From positions 10,448-74,447 of the forward strand of contig JAYSUJ010000022.1 in NCBI GenBank assembly GCA_043719155.1: DNA of 64,000 nt, written 5' to 3'. Within the stretch, counting starts at the first letter, position 1, and each line of letters opens with the position of its first letter. A model generated the notes under the pieces. That model saw nothing but the letters and a program-made list of their open reading frames with translations, had not been told where the DNA came from and did no database searches. The DNA is from a bacterium (GTDB taxonomy: Bacteria > Patescibacteriota > Minisyncoccia > Phycocordibacterales > UBA5272). This document shows, in pieces, positions 51,511 through 60,428 of this stretch. Both the position numbers and the translations under genes were made by a program.

Positions 51511-51687
51511 GTGGACACCACCAGTACACCCTCAACCAAATTCTGCATCGGAGACCCAGGCGACGAATGCGACTCAAAGAGTTGTTCCTGCTGCAAAAAG
51601 AGCAGCAAGAAAAGCCAAACGAAGGAACTTCAAAGCCAGGGCGACAACCTAACCAAATTTGTCGTTCTATCTTTTGCAAAAAGATAA
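51511..51687 (+). CDS. Cys-rich small peptide (58 aa, GTG start), not in ORF track
   Basis: RBS AGGAGAG 5 nt before GTG; VDTTSTPSTKFCIGDPGDECDSKSCSCCKKSSKKSQTKELQSQGDNLTKFVVLSFAKR; own promoter and terminator. Confidence 0.4.
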   Translation: MDTTSTPSTKFCIGDPGDECDSKSCSCCKKSSKKSQTKELQSQGDNLTKFVVLSFAKR

Positions 51688-51706
51688 ACGCAGAACATTG
51701 AATAGT

Positions 51707-51747
51707 GAGTGTGTAAGTCGACCACAAGTCGCTTTCACACTTTTTTT
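51707..51747 (+). terminator. Intrinsic terminator after Cys-rich peptide gene
   Basis: Imperfect GC stem gtgtgtaagtcgac..gtcgctttcacac followed by TTTTTTT. Confidence 0.5.
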
Positions 51748-51761
51748 ATTTAAATCTAAAT

Positions 51762-51789
51762 TTGACTTTTTATAAATTTATAGTAAAAT
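51762..51789 (+). promoter_or_regulatory. Near-consensus sigma70 promoter for 51845 gene
   Basis: TTGACT-16 nt-TAAAAT. Confidence 0.55.
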
Positions 51790-51844
51790 ACTAGGACTCA
51801 TACGGCATCCGCTGTAGTGAGAATCCTAGAGAAGGAAACTGCCT

Positions 51845-52162
51845 ATGGCAGACCAAGACAAAGAGCTCGACGAAATCCTGGCAAAACTCAAGAGCGCCGG
51901 AATCGGAGTCTCCGTCATGCAAGGATGGGACGTCGCCAAGTTGTTGTCCGAAGTAACTCGCGAGGACAACAACCAGTTCCCTCCGGAACTGACGGCAAAA
52001 GCTGCTGGTATGCGCGACGCCTTCTTCCAAGAATACGAAGTTGTCGTAAAGGCCCTAGCGGTCAAACACGGCATTGATCTCCTTGATGGAAATCTCGAGA
52101 TCGCCATCGATATGGTTGAGCTCGCCAAGGCCGGCAAGTCGCAAGGTGAGCCGGCAGCCTGA
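51845..52162 (+). CDS. Hypothetical acidic soluble protein (105 aa), GC-elevated
   Basis: RBS GAAGGAAA before ATG; MADQDKELDEILAKLKSAGIGVSVMQGWDVAKLLSEV..; terminator copy 2 follows. Confidence 0.45.
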   Translation: MADQDKELDEILAKLKSAGIGVSVMQGWDVAKLLSEVTREDNNQFPPELTAKAAGMRDAFFQEYEVVVKALAVKHGIDLLDGNLEIAIDMVELAKAGKSQGEPAA

Positions 52163-52184
52163 TAGCTCTCAGGCAACTCTAGAA

Positions 52185-52216
52185 AAAGTAGGTCGGCAAC
52201 GCAAGTTGCCGACCTT
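52185..52216 (+). terminator. Intrinsic terminator, copy 2 of duplicated hairpin
   Basis: gtaggtcggcaac-gcaa-gttgccgacc + TTTTAT; 27/28 nt identical to 51388-51415. Confidence 0.65.
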
Positions 52217-52268
52217 TTATCTTTTTCTTTATCTTTCTTTAAATATTTCAAAATATATTTATTTAAAA

Positions 52269-52895
52269 TTACTTAATTTCTGTAAATAAGTCATCTTCAG
52301 GAAATCTTGCTTTAGGATAAATTTTATCGCTCTCATCTCTATATCCAATTGCCAAAATTACTGATGGTTTAAAGATGCTTCCTAATTTCAAAACTTTTGC
52401 ATACTTTTGAGCATTAAAACCTTCCATCGGGCAAGAGTCTACTTTTAATTCCGCACAAGCTGCCAAAGCGAATCCAAGAGGGACATATGTTTGGTTTCTC
52501 GCCCAAGAAGTTTTAGTTAAAAACTTTCCCATTTTAAAAATAGAAATTACGGAAAGAAAGTGTTGAAATCCAAATGCTGCTTGAGCTAAAAAAGAATTTC
52601 CCAATCCTTTTAATTTTTCTATTCCTAGGAATCTTTTTTGCAAGTCAGTTCTTGCACAAAAAACCAAAAGGTGCGAACAAGTTTCAAGCTTACTCTCATT
52701 GTTTGGAGATACTTTTTTTAATAGTTCCAAAATGTCCTTATTTGAAATAATCTCTACATGAAAAGGCTGTGTACCAAAAGAAGTAGGGGCCATCTTTATT
52801 GCGTCCTTTATTTTTTGTAGATTTTCTTCACTTACTTTTTGATTGTTAAATTTTTTAGTCGCGTATCGCCAAGTTAGATTTTCCAAAAATGTCAT
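52269..52895 (-). CDS. Nitroreductase-family flavoprotein
   Basis: N-terminal RYATKKF..(nitroreductase signature R-x-S/A-x-R/K-x-F), 208 aa. Confidence 0.75.
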   Translation of the reverse strand: MTFLENLTWRYATKKFNNQKVSEENLQKIKDAIKMAPTSFGTQPFHVEIISNKDILELLKKVSPNNESKLETCSHLLVFCARTDLQKRFLGIEKLKGLGNSFLAQAAFGFQHFLSVISIFKMGKFLTKTSWARNQTYVPLGFALAACAELKVDSCPMEGFNAQKYAKVLKLGSIFKPSVILAIGYRDESDKIYPKARFPEDDLFTEIK

Positions 52896-52901
52896 ATTGA
52901 T

Positions 52902-54014
52902 TTAGTTAACCATAAACTCTAGCACATCACCATCTTTTACAATGTATTCTTTACCTTCTGTACGCAGTTTTCCATTTGCTTTTGCGTTAGCAAAACTACC
53001 AGACTCAAGTAACTCTGACCAAAATATAACTTGAGCCTTTATGAATCTTTCTCTAAAATCAGTATGTATAGCTTGTCCAGCCACTGGTGCTGTTGAACTT
53101 TTAGCCACAGTCCAAGCTCTAGTTTCTTGTACGCCAGTAGTAAAATAAGTTTCCAGCTCTAAAAGTTTGTAAGCCGACTTTATTAGATTATCAACACCGT
53201 TATCATCTTTGTTTCCACCCAATTCTTCCCTGAATATACTTTTTTCCTCACCTTCAAAATCTTTCAAATCATCTTCTATTTTTGCATCAACCATCACAAA
53301 TTCACTATGTGTTTCCTGTATGTATTTTGCCAACTCTAAAAATTTTACATCTGTTTCCTCTATGTTTTTCTTGCCTGTACTCTTATTTAAGATATACAAA
53401 ATTGGCTTCGAGGAAAGCAATGTTAATTTTTTGAGAACAACTATTTCTTCCTCTACTAAATTTGGCAAAAGACTAGAGACCAGTTTGCCATCATTTACAA
53501 CAACTAAACATTTTTGTAGAACTTCTTTTTCTTTTATAGCATCTTTATCACCTTTTCTCACATCTTTCTCTAAATTTTGTAATCTTTTTTCTATAGTTTC
53601 TAAGTCAGCTAAAGCAAGTTCAGCGTTTATAATTTGAACGTCACGCAGTGGATGTACCGAACCCTCGACATGCTGTATATCTCCAAGTTCAAAAAGTCTT
53701 ACCACATGCCCAATAGAGTCACATTCACGAATATTTGAGAGAAACTTGTTTCCTAGTCCCTCACCTTTACTCGCCCCTTTTACCAGACCGGCAATATCTA
53801 CAAACTCTATGACAGCAGGTACAGTTTTATTAGTTTTAGAAAACTCCGACAGCTTCCAAAGCCTGTCATCTGGCACAGCTACAATTCCCACACTTGGGTC
53901 AATAGTGCAAAAGGGATAATTCTCTGCAGGCACACCTTTTTTAGTTAATGCATTAAACAAGGTAGACTTTCCTACGTTTGGTAGTCCCACTATTCCGATA
54001 CTTAGTTTTGCCAT
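52902..54014 (-). CDS. ychF: Ribosome-binding ATPase YchF (Obg family)
   Basis: GIVGLPNVGKSTLFNALT G1, FCTIDP, C-terminal TGS domain. Confidence 0.92.
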   Translation of the reverse strand: MAKLSIGIVGLPNVGKSTLFNALTKKGVPAENYPFCTIDPSVGIVAVPDDRLWKLSEFSKTNKTVPAVIEFVDIAGLVKGASKGEGLGNKFLSNIRECDSIGHVVRLFELGDIQHVEGSVHPLRDVQIINAELALADLETIEKRLQNLEKDVRKGDKDAIKEKEVLQKCLVVVNDGKLVSSLLPNLVEEEIVVLKKLTLLSSKPILYILNKSTGKKNIEETDVKFLELAKYIQETHSEFVMVDAKIEDDLKDFEGEEKSIFREELGGNKDDNGVDNLIKSAYKLLELETYFTTGVQETRAWTVAKSSTAPVAGQAIHTDFRERFIKAQVIFWSELLESGSFANAKANGKLRTEGKEYIVKDGDVLEFMVN

Positions 54015-54019
54015 AGAGA

Positions 54020-54358
54020 TTATTTACCCATCATTGCTTCACGCAATTCTTTCTGATATTTCATCATTACACTTTGACTGGCTGACATTTGATTTTTTCC
54101 TGCCGTTACAAGTTCTTGAGTTTCCTTTGCTATCTTCATTAAAAGCTCTGGCTTGTTTTCCATTATTTTCTTAAACATAACTTTTGCCTGTGGTGGCATT
54201 GGCAACTTTTCTAGCTCTTCCATCATTTTATTCATTCCCCATTCTGTCTCCATCACTTTACCAGCCACAGCCGTAGCTGCTTTTGTAGCAGTACCCTTTA
54301 CCGCACTTGTTACAGCATCTGTCGCACCACTAACAGCTTTTTTAAGAGAATCTAACAT
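54020..54358 (-). CDS. Hypothetical Met/Lys-rich small protein (112 aa)
   Basis: ORF-track ORF tightly following ychF; no motif. Confidence 0.4.
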   Translation of the reverse strand: MLDSLKKAVSGATDAVTSAVKGTATKAATAVAGKVMETEWGMNKMMEELEKLPMPPQAKVMFKKIMENKPELLMKIAKETQELVTAGKNQMSASQSVMMKYQKELREAMMGK

Positions 54359-54418
54359 AGTATTTTAATTTATTTTTATTGCTACATTATAACATTCTAA
54401 ACCCAAGTAAACAATTTT

Positions 54419-55012
54419 CTATATTTTTAGTAAGCCCAGCTTTTTTTGGAAAATTTGATTTAAATCGCTCTCAAAAACTTCCATGTTTTCACCGTTGTTT
54501 ACATAGTGATAATCCGCCAAAGAGATGACGGTACCTTTTCCTAGATTTTTGGCCTCAGAAATTTGCCTAGAATTTAATTCATCAAGATTTAGTTTTCTGT
54601 CAGCCCTACTTCCAATTCTTTTTAGCCTCACATCAAAATCAGAGTGTATAGCCAGAACTTTAAAATTCTCAGGATATGCGTTTTTTATAATTTCATATTC
54701 CCAAATGTTGTACATACTTTCTAAAATAATTTTTGTGTGCCCTTCCAAAATGGCTTTTTCTATTTTGGGAATCATAAATTTAGAATAAATTCCCATATCT
54801 CCACCCTTTCGCATATCTTCACGTACAAATCTTTCGTTTACCTCATTAACTTCCAAGCCCCTTCTCTTTACTTCATCAAGCGTAATGCCGCCATAATACA
54901 AATGAAAAAAACCATAGTCTTTAACTAAAGTTTTTAACACCTCACTTTTCCCTGTTGCTGGCATACCTACTACAGCAAGTATAAATACTTTGTTATCTAA
55001 TTTATTATCCAT
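54419..55012 (-). CDS. P-loop nucleotide kinase-like protein (AAA_18/dephospho-CoA-kinase-like fold)
   Basis: Walker A VVGMPATGKS near N-terminus, 197 aa. Confidence 0.5.
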   Translation of the reverse strand: MDNKLDNKVFILAVVGMPATGKSEVLKTLVKDYGFFHLYYGGITLDEVKRRGLEVNEVNERFVREDMRKGGDMGIYSKFMIPKIEKAILEGHTKIILESMYNIWEYEIIKNAYPENFKVLAIHSDFDVRLKRIGSRADRKLNLDELNSRQISEAKNLGKGTVISLADYHYVNNGENMEVFESDLNQIFQKKLGLLKI

Positions 55013-55015
55013 ACT

Positions 55016-55035
55016 AATTTAGTATACTAAATTAA
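55016..55035. promoter_or_regulatory. Perfect 20-bp palindrome taatttagtatactaaatta at divergent promoter region
   Basis: Seen directly immediately upstream of kinase-like gene start. Confidence 0.3.
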
Positions 55036-55130
55036 GTATAATATTATTACTGTACAAATTGCTCTAATATTGTATAATTAAATTCTTGCCGTCTTTTCCC
55101 CATCTTAAAACAAATATGGAGTAACCTCAA

Positions 55131-55286
55131 ATGAACTTCAATCCAGAGCTAACAGTATGGTTTATGTTAGGCTTCATTGCCTACGTTTCCTACAAGGCAT
55201 ACAAGGATGGAGATTTCTTTATTTCTTGTATCTTTAGTGGATTTACTTACTCACTGCTTATATTTACATGTTCTAGATACATTTGA
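55131..55286 (+). CDS. Small hypothetical membrane peptide (51 aa), not in ORF track
   Basis: GGAGTAA before ATG 55131; MNFNPELTVWFMLGFIAYVSYKAYKDGDFFISCIFSGFTYSLLIFTCSRYI. Confidence 0.25.
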   Translation: MNFNPELTVWFMLGFIAYVSYKAYKDGDFFISCIFSGFTYSLLIFTCSRYI

Positions 55287-55314
55287 ATTCATTCTTTGTT
55301 GTTAGAACAATACA

Positions 55315-55351
55315 AAACCCGTGAAATTTTTTCAAAAAATTTCACGGGTTT
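55315..55351. terminator. Bidirectional terminator (long perfect inverted repeat) between convergent genes
   Basis: aaacccgtgaaatttttt-c-aaaaaatttcacgggttt. Confidence 0.6.
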
Positions 55352-55376
55352 CATTTTTAAACATAAGAACATCTTA

Positions 55377-55868
55377 TTACGCCTCCCTACCCTGCACCTT
55401 AACCCTTTCGACCAAATCATTAATAATAACAAGAAGTGAATTATTAATACTTGTTAGAAAATCTTTTTTTTGTTTTGAGTTCCACATACTTTGAAAATTA
55501 ACAACATTATCTGCCAAGCTTATTTCCAACTCTGCACACTTTTTTTCTATTTCTTGAACTAATTCTGGGTAATTATGCTTTGTTGTAGTGTTAATCTCCG
55601 TAATCAGGGATTGCAGTTTTTCAACACTCTCTACAAGTTCCTCTGTTTCTTTTTTTTCTTCTTCGTCCGTTTGTTCTTGCTGTACTTTAGCCAGTTTTTC
55701 TTTTAAAAGTTTTAAATTTTCATTTATTGAGACAAAGTTTACAGTTTCTTTATTGCTGCCAGGCATACCAGCTATAGCCACAGCAGCGGCAACTACTCCT
55801 GCATCTTTTAATAGCCCTCTTCGGGTTACAGGTCTGTTTAAATAATCTGCAAATGCCATATTTTTCAT
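55377..55868 (-). CDS. Hypothetical protein with twin-arginine (Tat) signal peptide, coiled-coil, co-transcribed after nrdB
   Basis: MKNMAFADYLNRPVTRRGLLKDAGVVAAAVAIAGMPGS: T-R-R-x-L-L-K + h-region + AxA-like; starts 1 nt after nrdB stop. Confidence 0.5.
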   Translation of the reverse strand: MKNMAFADYLNRPVTRRGLLKDAGVVAAAVAIAGMPGSNKETVNFVSINENLKLLKEKLAKVQQEQTDEEEKKETEELVESVEKLQSLITEINTTTKHNYPELVQEIEKKCAELEISLADNVVNFQSMWNSKQKKDFLTSINNSLLVIINDLVERVKVQGREA

Positions 55869-55869
55869 T

Positions 55870-56880
55870 TTACCAACTCAAAGCACCACCTTGTTGATAC
55901 TCGGTAACCCTAGTTTCAAAGAAGTTTTTTTCTTTTTTAAGGTCCATAATTTCACTCATCCAAGGAAAAGGGTTAGCAGTGTTATATTGAACTGGCAGAC
56001 CAATTCTTTCCAGTCTCCTGTCGGCTACATATTCCAAGTATTGCCTAACAATCTCTTTATTCATCCCGAGTATTCCCCTTGGGAGGGCGTCTGCAGCGTA
56101 TGCGGCTTCTAAATCTACAGCCTGTCGTATTTTATCTACCAAGTCAGCTCTAAAACTTGGAGTCCAGATTTCTGGGTTTTCCGAAACTATTGTATTTATG
56201 AGATCTGCTCCAAAAGCCAAATGTACCGACTCATCTCTTAAGGTGTACTGAAATTGTTCACCCATTCCAACCATTTTTTGATGTCGCATTAAGTTTAGCA
56301 TCATAGCAAAACCTGCGTAGAAGAATAGTCCCTCCATTATTACATAATAACCAACTAGGTCATGCACAAAACGTTGTACATTTTCTACGGTATCTGTTTT
56401 GAAATTTGGATCCATGATAGAAGAAGTAATACTTATGACAAAGTCATCCTTAGCTTTTATACTTGGTATAGTTTCGTACATTTTGTAAACCTCATCTGGG
56501 TTCAAGCCAAGTGAATCACAGGCGTAAATAAACATATCAGTATGTATAGCTTCTTCAAAAGCTTGTCTCAGCATGTATTGCCTACATTCAGCGTTCGTCA
56601 CGTGTTTGTAAACTGTTAAAACAATATTGTTTGCGGTTAAACTTTCTGCAGTAGAGAAAAAGCCCAAGTTCCATAGGATCATCCTTCTCTCATCATCAGA
56701 CAAACCACCTAGATGAATTGGCTTTTTCCAAAGCTCAATGTCGTTCATCATAGGCACCTCCTCTGCTGTCCAGTTATTATTTACACCTTTTTTATAATGC
56801 TCTCTTGCCCATTTATATTTCATTGGCAAAATTTTGTTTGGGTCAGTTGTATTATTGTTCAATATACCTGCTCTGTTCAT
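55870..56880 (-). CDS. nrdB: Ribonucleotide reductase class I small subunit
   Basis: Ferritin-like di-iron ligands (E..H pairs), radical Tyr region, C-terminal tail; 336 aa. Confidence 0.9.
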   Translation of the reverse strand: MNRAGILNNNTTDPNKILPMKYKWAREHYKKGVNNNWTAEEVPMMNDIELWKKPIHLGGLSDDERRMILWNLGFFSTAESLTANNIVLTVYKHVTNAECRQYMLRQAFEEAIHTDMFIYACDSLGLNPDEVYKMYETIPSIKAKDDFVISITSSIMDPNFKTDTVENVQRFVHDLVGYYVIMEGLFFYAGFAMMLNLMRHQKMVGMGEQFQYTLRDESVHLAFGADLINTIVSENPEIWTPSFRADLVDKIRQAVDLEAAYAADALPRGILGMNKEIVRQYLEYVADRRLERIGLPVQYNTANPFPWMSEIMDLKKEKNFFETRVTEYQQGGALSW

Positions 56881-57059
56881 ATTTTTATTTTAATTTAATT
56901 GAGAATTTTAAATTTCGATTTTTTAGACAAGAAAAAATCTGGAAAAACTTTATTTATAATTAGCGTTGGGTATGGTTACACTTGCTGAAAAGTATAGCTG
57001 TTTTTTGAAACTTACTATCAAAAAATGTGGATAATTTTTTACTAAAGTTTTCAAGAATT

Positions 57060-60000
57060 TTACTGACAAGCTTCACAGTCTGGGTCTAGGATGCGACAGA
57101 TTTTCACATCTGCCCCATTTACTTTTATGGTAGCTGTACCGGCTCCACTACCCACCGATTTATTTACATAGGCTTCGACTTTATGAGCTTCTTCTCTGGT
57201 CTTTTCCTTAATGGCGTTCAAGGCATGGTTAACCTCGCTGTAAGTAGCAGTAGCCGCAGCAACTACAAAAACAGGTACATTGGTAGGAATATTGGCTTCT
57301 TTTGTGGGTGTAGGATAGGCGGCAGGAGTTGGAGCTATAGAAGCCGTCACAGTTGTATTAGCATGTGCATGACCAGTGTGAGAGTTGCTGTCAGATTTTG
57401 TAGTAGCTGTATTTGTTGTACTAGTAGTTGCGTCAGCCGTTTTAATAGTAGTTGTGGCTTTTTCAACACCAGAAGCCGCCAAAGTCCTAAGGTAATAAGT
57501 GGTTTTCAAGCCCATATCCCATGCGTACATATACATTTCTCCAATTTCTCTTCCAGAAGTACCTTTGTAATAGAGGTTTAAAGACTGAGATTGATCTATC
57601 CACTTTCCACGATAAGCTGCCAAGTTGATAAATACTTTTGGATCTATTTCGAAAGTTTCTTTATATTTTGTTTTGATCACGTCTGGTATACGAGATATGT
57701 TCTGTACTGAACCCTCAGCCTGTTTTATTTCCGAAAGCATTTCATCGTTCCAAAGTCCTAGAGACTTAAGATCTTTAACCAAGTAGTCGTTTATCATCGT
57801 AAACTCGCCACTCATATTTGACTTTACGAAAATATTTTTATAATAAGCTTCGATACATGGTGATGAGCCAGCGATGTTGGAAATAGTGGCGGTAGGAGCA
57901 ATGGCCATAGTGTTGGAGTTTCTCATACCAAAAGTCCTTATAGCTGCTCTTACCACTTCCCAATCCATTTTTCCGGTTTTAGTAATTGGAAGCTTGGTTC
58001 CTCGTGCTTCTTCAAGAAGAGAAAGTGTATCCACAGGCATGATTCCCCTATCCCATTTCGAACCTTTGAAGGTTGAATATGCACCACGCTCTTTTGCCAG
58101 CTCTGTTGAGCCTAAAATAGCATAGTAGGAAATAAACTCTTGATTTTCATCTGCAAATTTTAAAGCCTCAGCTGAGTCAAAATTGATGCCCAGCTCATAG
58201 AGCGCATCGTGAAAACCCATAACGCCTAACCCTACAGGACGGTGCCTAAAGTTGGAAACTTTACCTTCATTAGTCGGATAATAGTTTATGTCAATAACGT
58301 TATCCAACATTCTCATAGCGAGCTTAATAGTGTCTTTCAACATTTCCAAATCAATTTTTCCATTGAAAAAGTGTCGAGGCAAGTTTATGGAAGACAGGTT
58401 ACAGACAGCAGTTTCTTCGAAACTATTGTTCAGAGTTATTTCAGTACACAAGTTTGAATTGTGAATTACGCCAACATGGTCTTGGGGTGAGCGAATATTA
58501 CAAACATCTTTAAAAGTAAACCAAGGGTGCCCAGTTTCAAAAATCATAGTCACCATTTTCTTGAACAAATCTTTAGCTTTCATTACTTTAAAAATCCTCA
58601 CCTTACCATCTCTAGCCATTTGCTCGTATTTTTCATATTTTTCTTGAAAAACTTTTCCATAGGTGTCATGCAAGTCTTTTGTTTCGTCTGGTGAAAAGAG
58701 TGTCCAGTCTGCGTCTTGCTTTACTCTTTGCATAAACAAATCCGGAATCCAGTTGGCAGTGTTCATGTCGTGGGTACGACGTCTTTCATCACCTGTATTT
58801 TTTCTTAAATCTAGAAAATCTTCAATGTCTACATGCCAAGTTTCCAAGTAGGCACACACAGCCCCACGTCGACGACCAGATCTGTTAATGGCTACAGTTA
58901 CATCATTTGAAACTTTCATGAATGGAATGATTCCGTTACTTTCTATTTGAGTGCGCTTAACTATAGACCCCATCCCTCGCACGTAGGACCAGTCAGTCGC
59001 AATACCTCCAGAGAATTTACTCATTTGAGCGTTGTCAGCATAAGTTACTTTAGCCAAAGATTCCAAAGTATCATCAATAGTGTTCAGATAGCAAGATGAA
59101 AGCTGTGGATAAGTTGTCCCTGACTGAAACAAGGTAGGAGTGGACGGTATAAGTCGCAAAGACGACATTAGATTATAAAACTCAATAGCTTTGTCGGTTT
59201 TGTTTTGCTCTAACAATGAAAGCCCCATAGCTACACGCATCCAAAAAGTTTGTGGCAACTCTAAAAGTTTGTTTTTCTTTTGGATATTTCTAGTTAAATA
59301 TCTTTCTTGCACCACTTGCATCCCAAGATACTGGAAAAGCTCATCTCTTTCTGGGTTAATAGCCTCAGCTAGTTTTTGTAAATCAAAATCTAACATTCTG
59401 TTATCATAGATTTTGTCAACAACACCTTCGTTGGTGGATTTTATGAAAAATTCTTTGTAAATTCTTTTTATATTGTCTGTAGTGTAATTTTCATGATTGA
59501 TTTCTACTCCAGCTTCTTTAAAAATATTGTATCTAACCAGTCTTGCTGCTACATAAGAGTAAGCTGGGTCATTTTCTACCATTGATCTAGCTGCCAATAC
59601 TAAAGCTTTTTGAAATTCTTCTGAGGAAATGCCATCGTAAATTTCCATTTTTACTCGCCCAACTATGGCTTCTACGGAAACTTGGCTTTCATAACCTTTT
59701 ATCATTTTACCAACAAACGCCCGTAGTTTAGCCTCGCTAAACTTTTCCTGCACCCCATTTCTATTTATAACAATCGCATTACCCTCTTCAATTTTTTGCA
59801 ACTCTTGTTGACGCAACATCGCACGCTCTTGGATTTTTTCATGTCTATACAAAATATAATGCTTGCCAACTTCATAGTAACCTGCTTCCATGATAGATTG
59901 CTCTACCAAATCTTGTATCTGTTCTACATAAGGGATAGAAACCTCATTGTCTCTGTAAACTTCTTCTAATTTCTTCATGGTCACGTCTCGTATTTCTGTG

Positions 60001-60125
60001 GCTACAGGAATATTTGAGTCGCCAGTCATAGTCAAAAAGGCTTTGCCCACGGCTTCAATAATTTTAGACGAGTCGAAAGGCACTATCTTTCCATTTCTTT
60101 TGCGAATAACAGTAAGGTTCATCAT
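57060..60125 (-). CDS. nrdA: Ribonucleotide reductase class I large subunit with two N-terminal ATP-cones and Thr-rich C-terminal insertion
   Basis: Two VI(K/N)RNGxxxxF ATP-cone starts, catalytic core, C-terminal CRILDPDCEAC Cys pair; 1021 aa. Confidence 0.95.
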   Translation of the reverse strand: MMNLTVIRKRNGKIVPFDSSKIIEAVGKAFLTMTGDSNIPVATEIRDVTMKKLEEVYRDNEVSIPYVEQIQDLVEQSIMEAGYYEVGKHYILYRHEKIQERAMLRQQELQKIEEGNAIVINRNGVQEKFSEAKLRAFVGKMIKGYESQVSVEAIVGRVKMEIYDGISSEEFQKALVLAARSMVENDPAYSYVAARLVRYNIFKEAGVEINHENYTTDNIKRIYKEFFIKSTNEGVVDKIYDNRMLDFDLQKLAEAINPERDELFQYLGMQVVQERYLTRNIQKKNKLLELPQTFWMRVAMGLSLLEQNKTDKAIEFYNLMSSLRLIPSTPTLFQSGTTYPQLSSCYLNTIDDTLESLAKVTYADNAQMSKFSGGIATDWSYVRGMGSIVKRTQIESNGIIPFMKVSNDVTVAINRSGRRRGAVCAYLETWHVDIEDFLDLRKNTGDERRRTHDMNTANWIPDLFMQRVKQDADWTLFSPDETKDLHDTYGKVFQEKYEKYEQMARDGKVRIFKVMKAKDLFKKMVTMIFETGHPWFTFKDVCNIRSPQDHVGVIHNSNLCTEITLNNSFEETAVCNLSSINLPRHFFNGKIDLEMLKDTIKLAMRMLDNVIDINYYPTNEGKVSNFRHRPVGLGVMGFHDALYELGINFDSAEALKFADENQEFISYYAILGSTELAKERGAYSTFKGSKWDRGIMPVDTLSLLEEARGTKLPITKTGKMDWEVVRAAIRTFGMRNSNTMAIAPTATISNIAGSSPCIEAYYKNIFVKSNMSGEFTMINDYLVKDLKSLGLWNDEMLSEIKQAEGSVQNISRIPDVIKTKYKETFEIDPKVFINLAAYRGKWIDQSQSLNLYYKGTSGREIGEMYMYAWDMGLKTTYYLRTLAASGVEKATTTIKTADATTSTTNTATTKSDSNSHTGHAHANTTVTASIAPTPAAYPTPTKEANIPTNVPVFVVAAATATYSEVNHALNAIKEKTREEAHKVEAYVNKSVGSGAGTATIKVNGADVKICRILDPDCEACQ

Positions 60126-60428
60126 ATTTTGTAGATTTATAGGTAATAAGGTAAATTAATTGAAATTTTGAGACACCAAAAGAATTACTCTCTTTGTGTT
60201 GGGTATGAGTATATAAATTTTTCAATTAAAAACAATATTTACAGCTCAGAAAATGTGTTGAAATTTTTTAAAAATCTCTATATTTTTGTTTGGAGCAATT
60301 TCCAATCATTTTTGAAGATGTAAAGGGTAAAAAGTTATCCACCAAACAACAAAAAAAATAGAATTTGCTTGAAATTTGCTTTTCAGGTAGTATTTAATAG
60401 TTCTAACTCCAGCAGGAAAGTGAAGTTC

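Noticed and set aside
50900-52220. Integron-like cassette array interpretation of the duplicated hairpins
   Set aside because: Hairpin ggtcggcaac-gcaa-gttgccgacc lacks attC core sites (RYYYAAC/GTTRRRY), is only ~28 nt, each gene has its own promoter, and no intI is present. It was interpreted as a duplicated intrinsic terminator instead.
51063-52251. Minus-strand ORFs in the GC island (51063..51296, 51208..51399, 51497..51727, 51791..52030, 51826..52251)
   Set aside because: Overlap each other and the plus-strand genes; no RBS; run through plus-strand terminator hairpins; products Arg/Ser/Leu-rich, typical of GC-rich antisense frames.
60126-60368. NrdR box upstream of nrdA
   Set aside because: Only a loose ACAC...GTGT symmetry (acaccaaaagaattactctctttgtgt) with wrong spacing for the 16-bp NrdR box; too weak to call.
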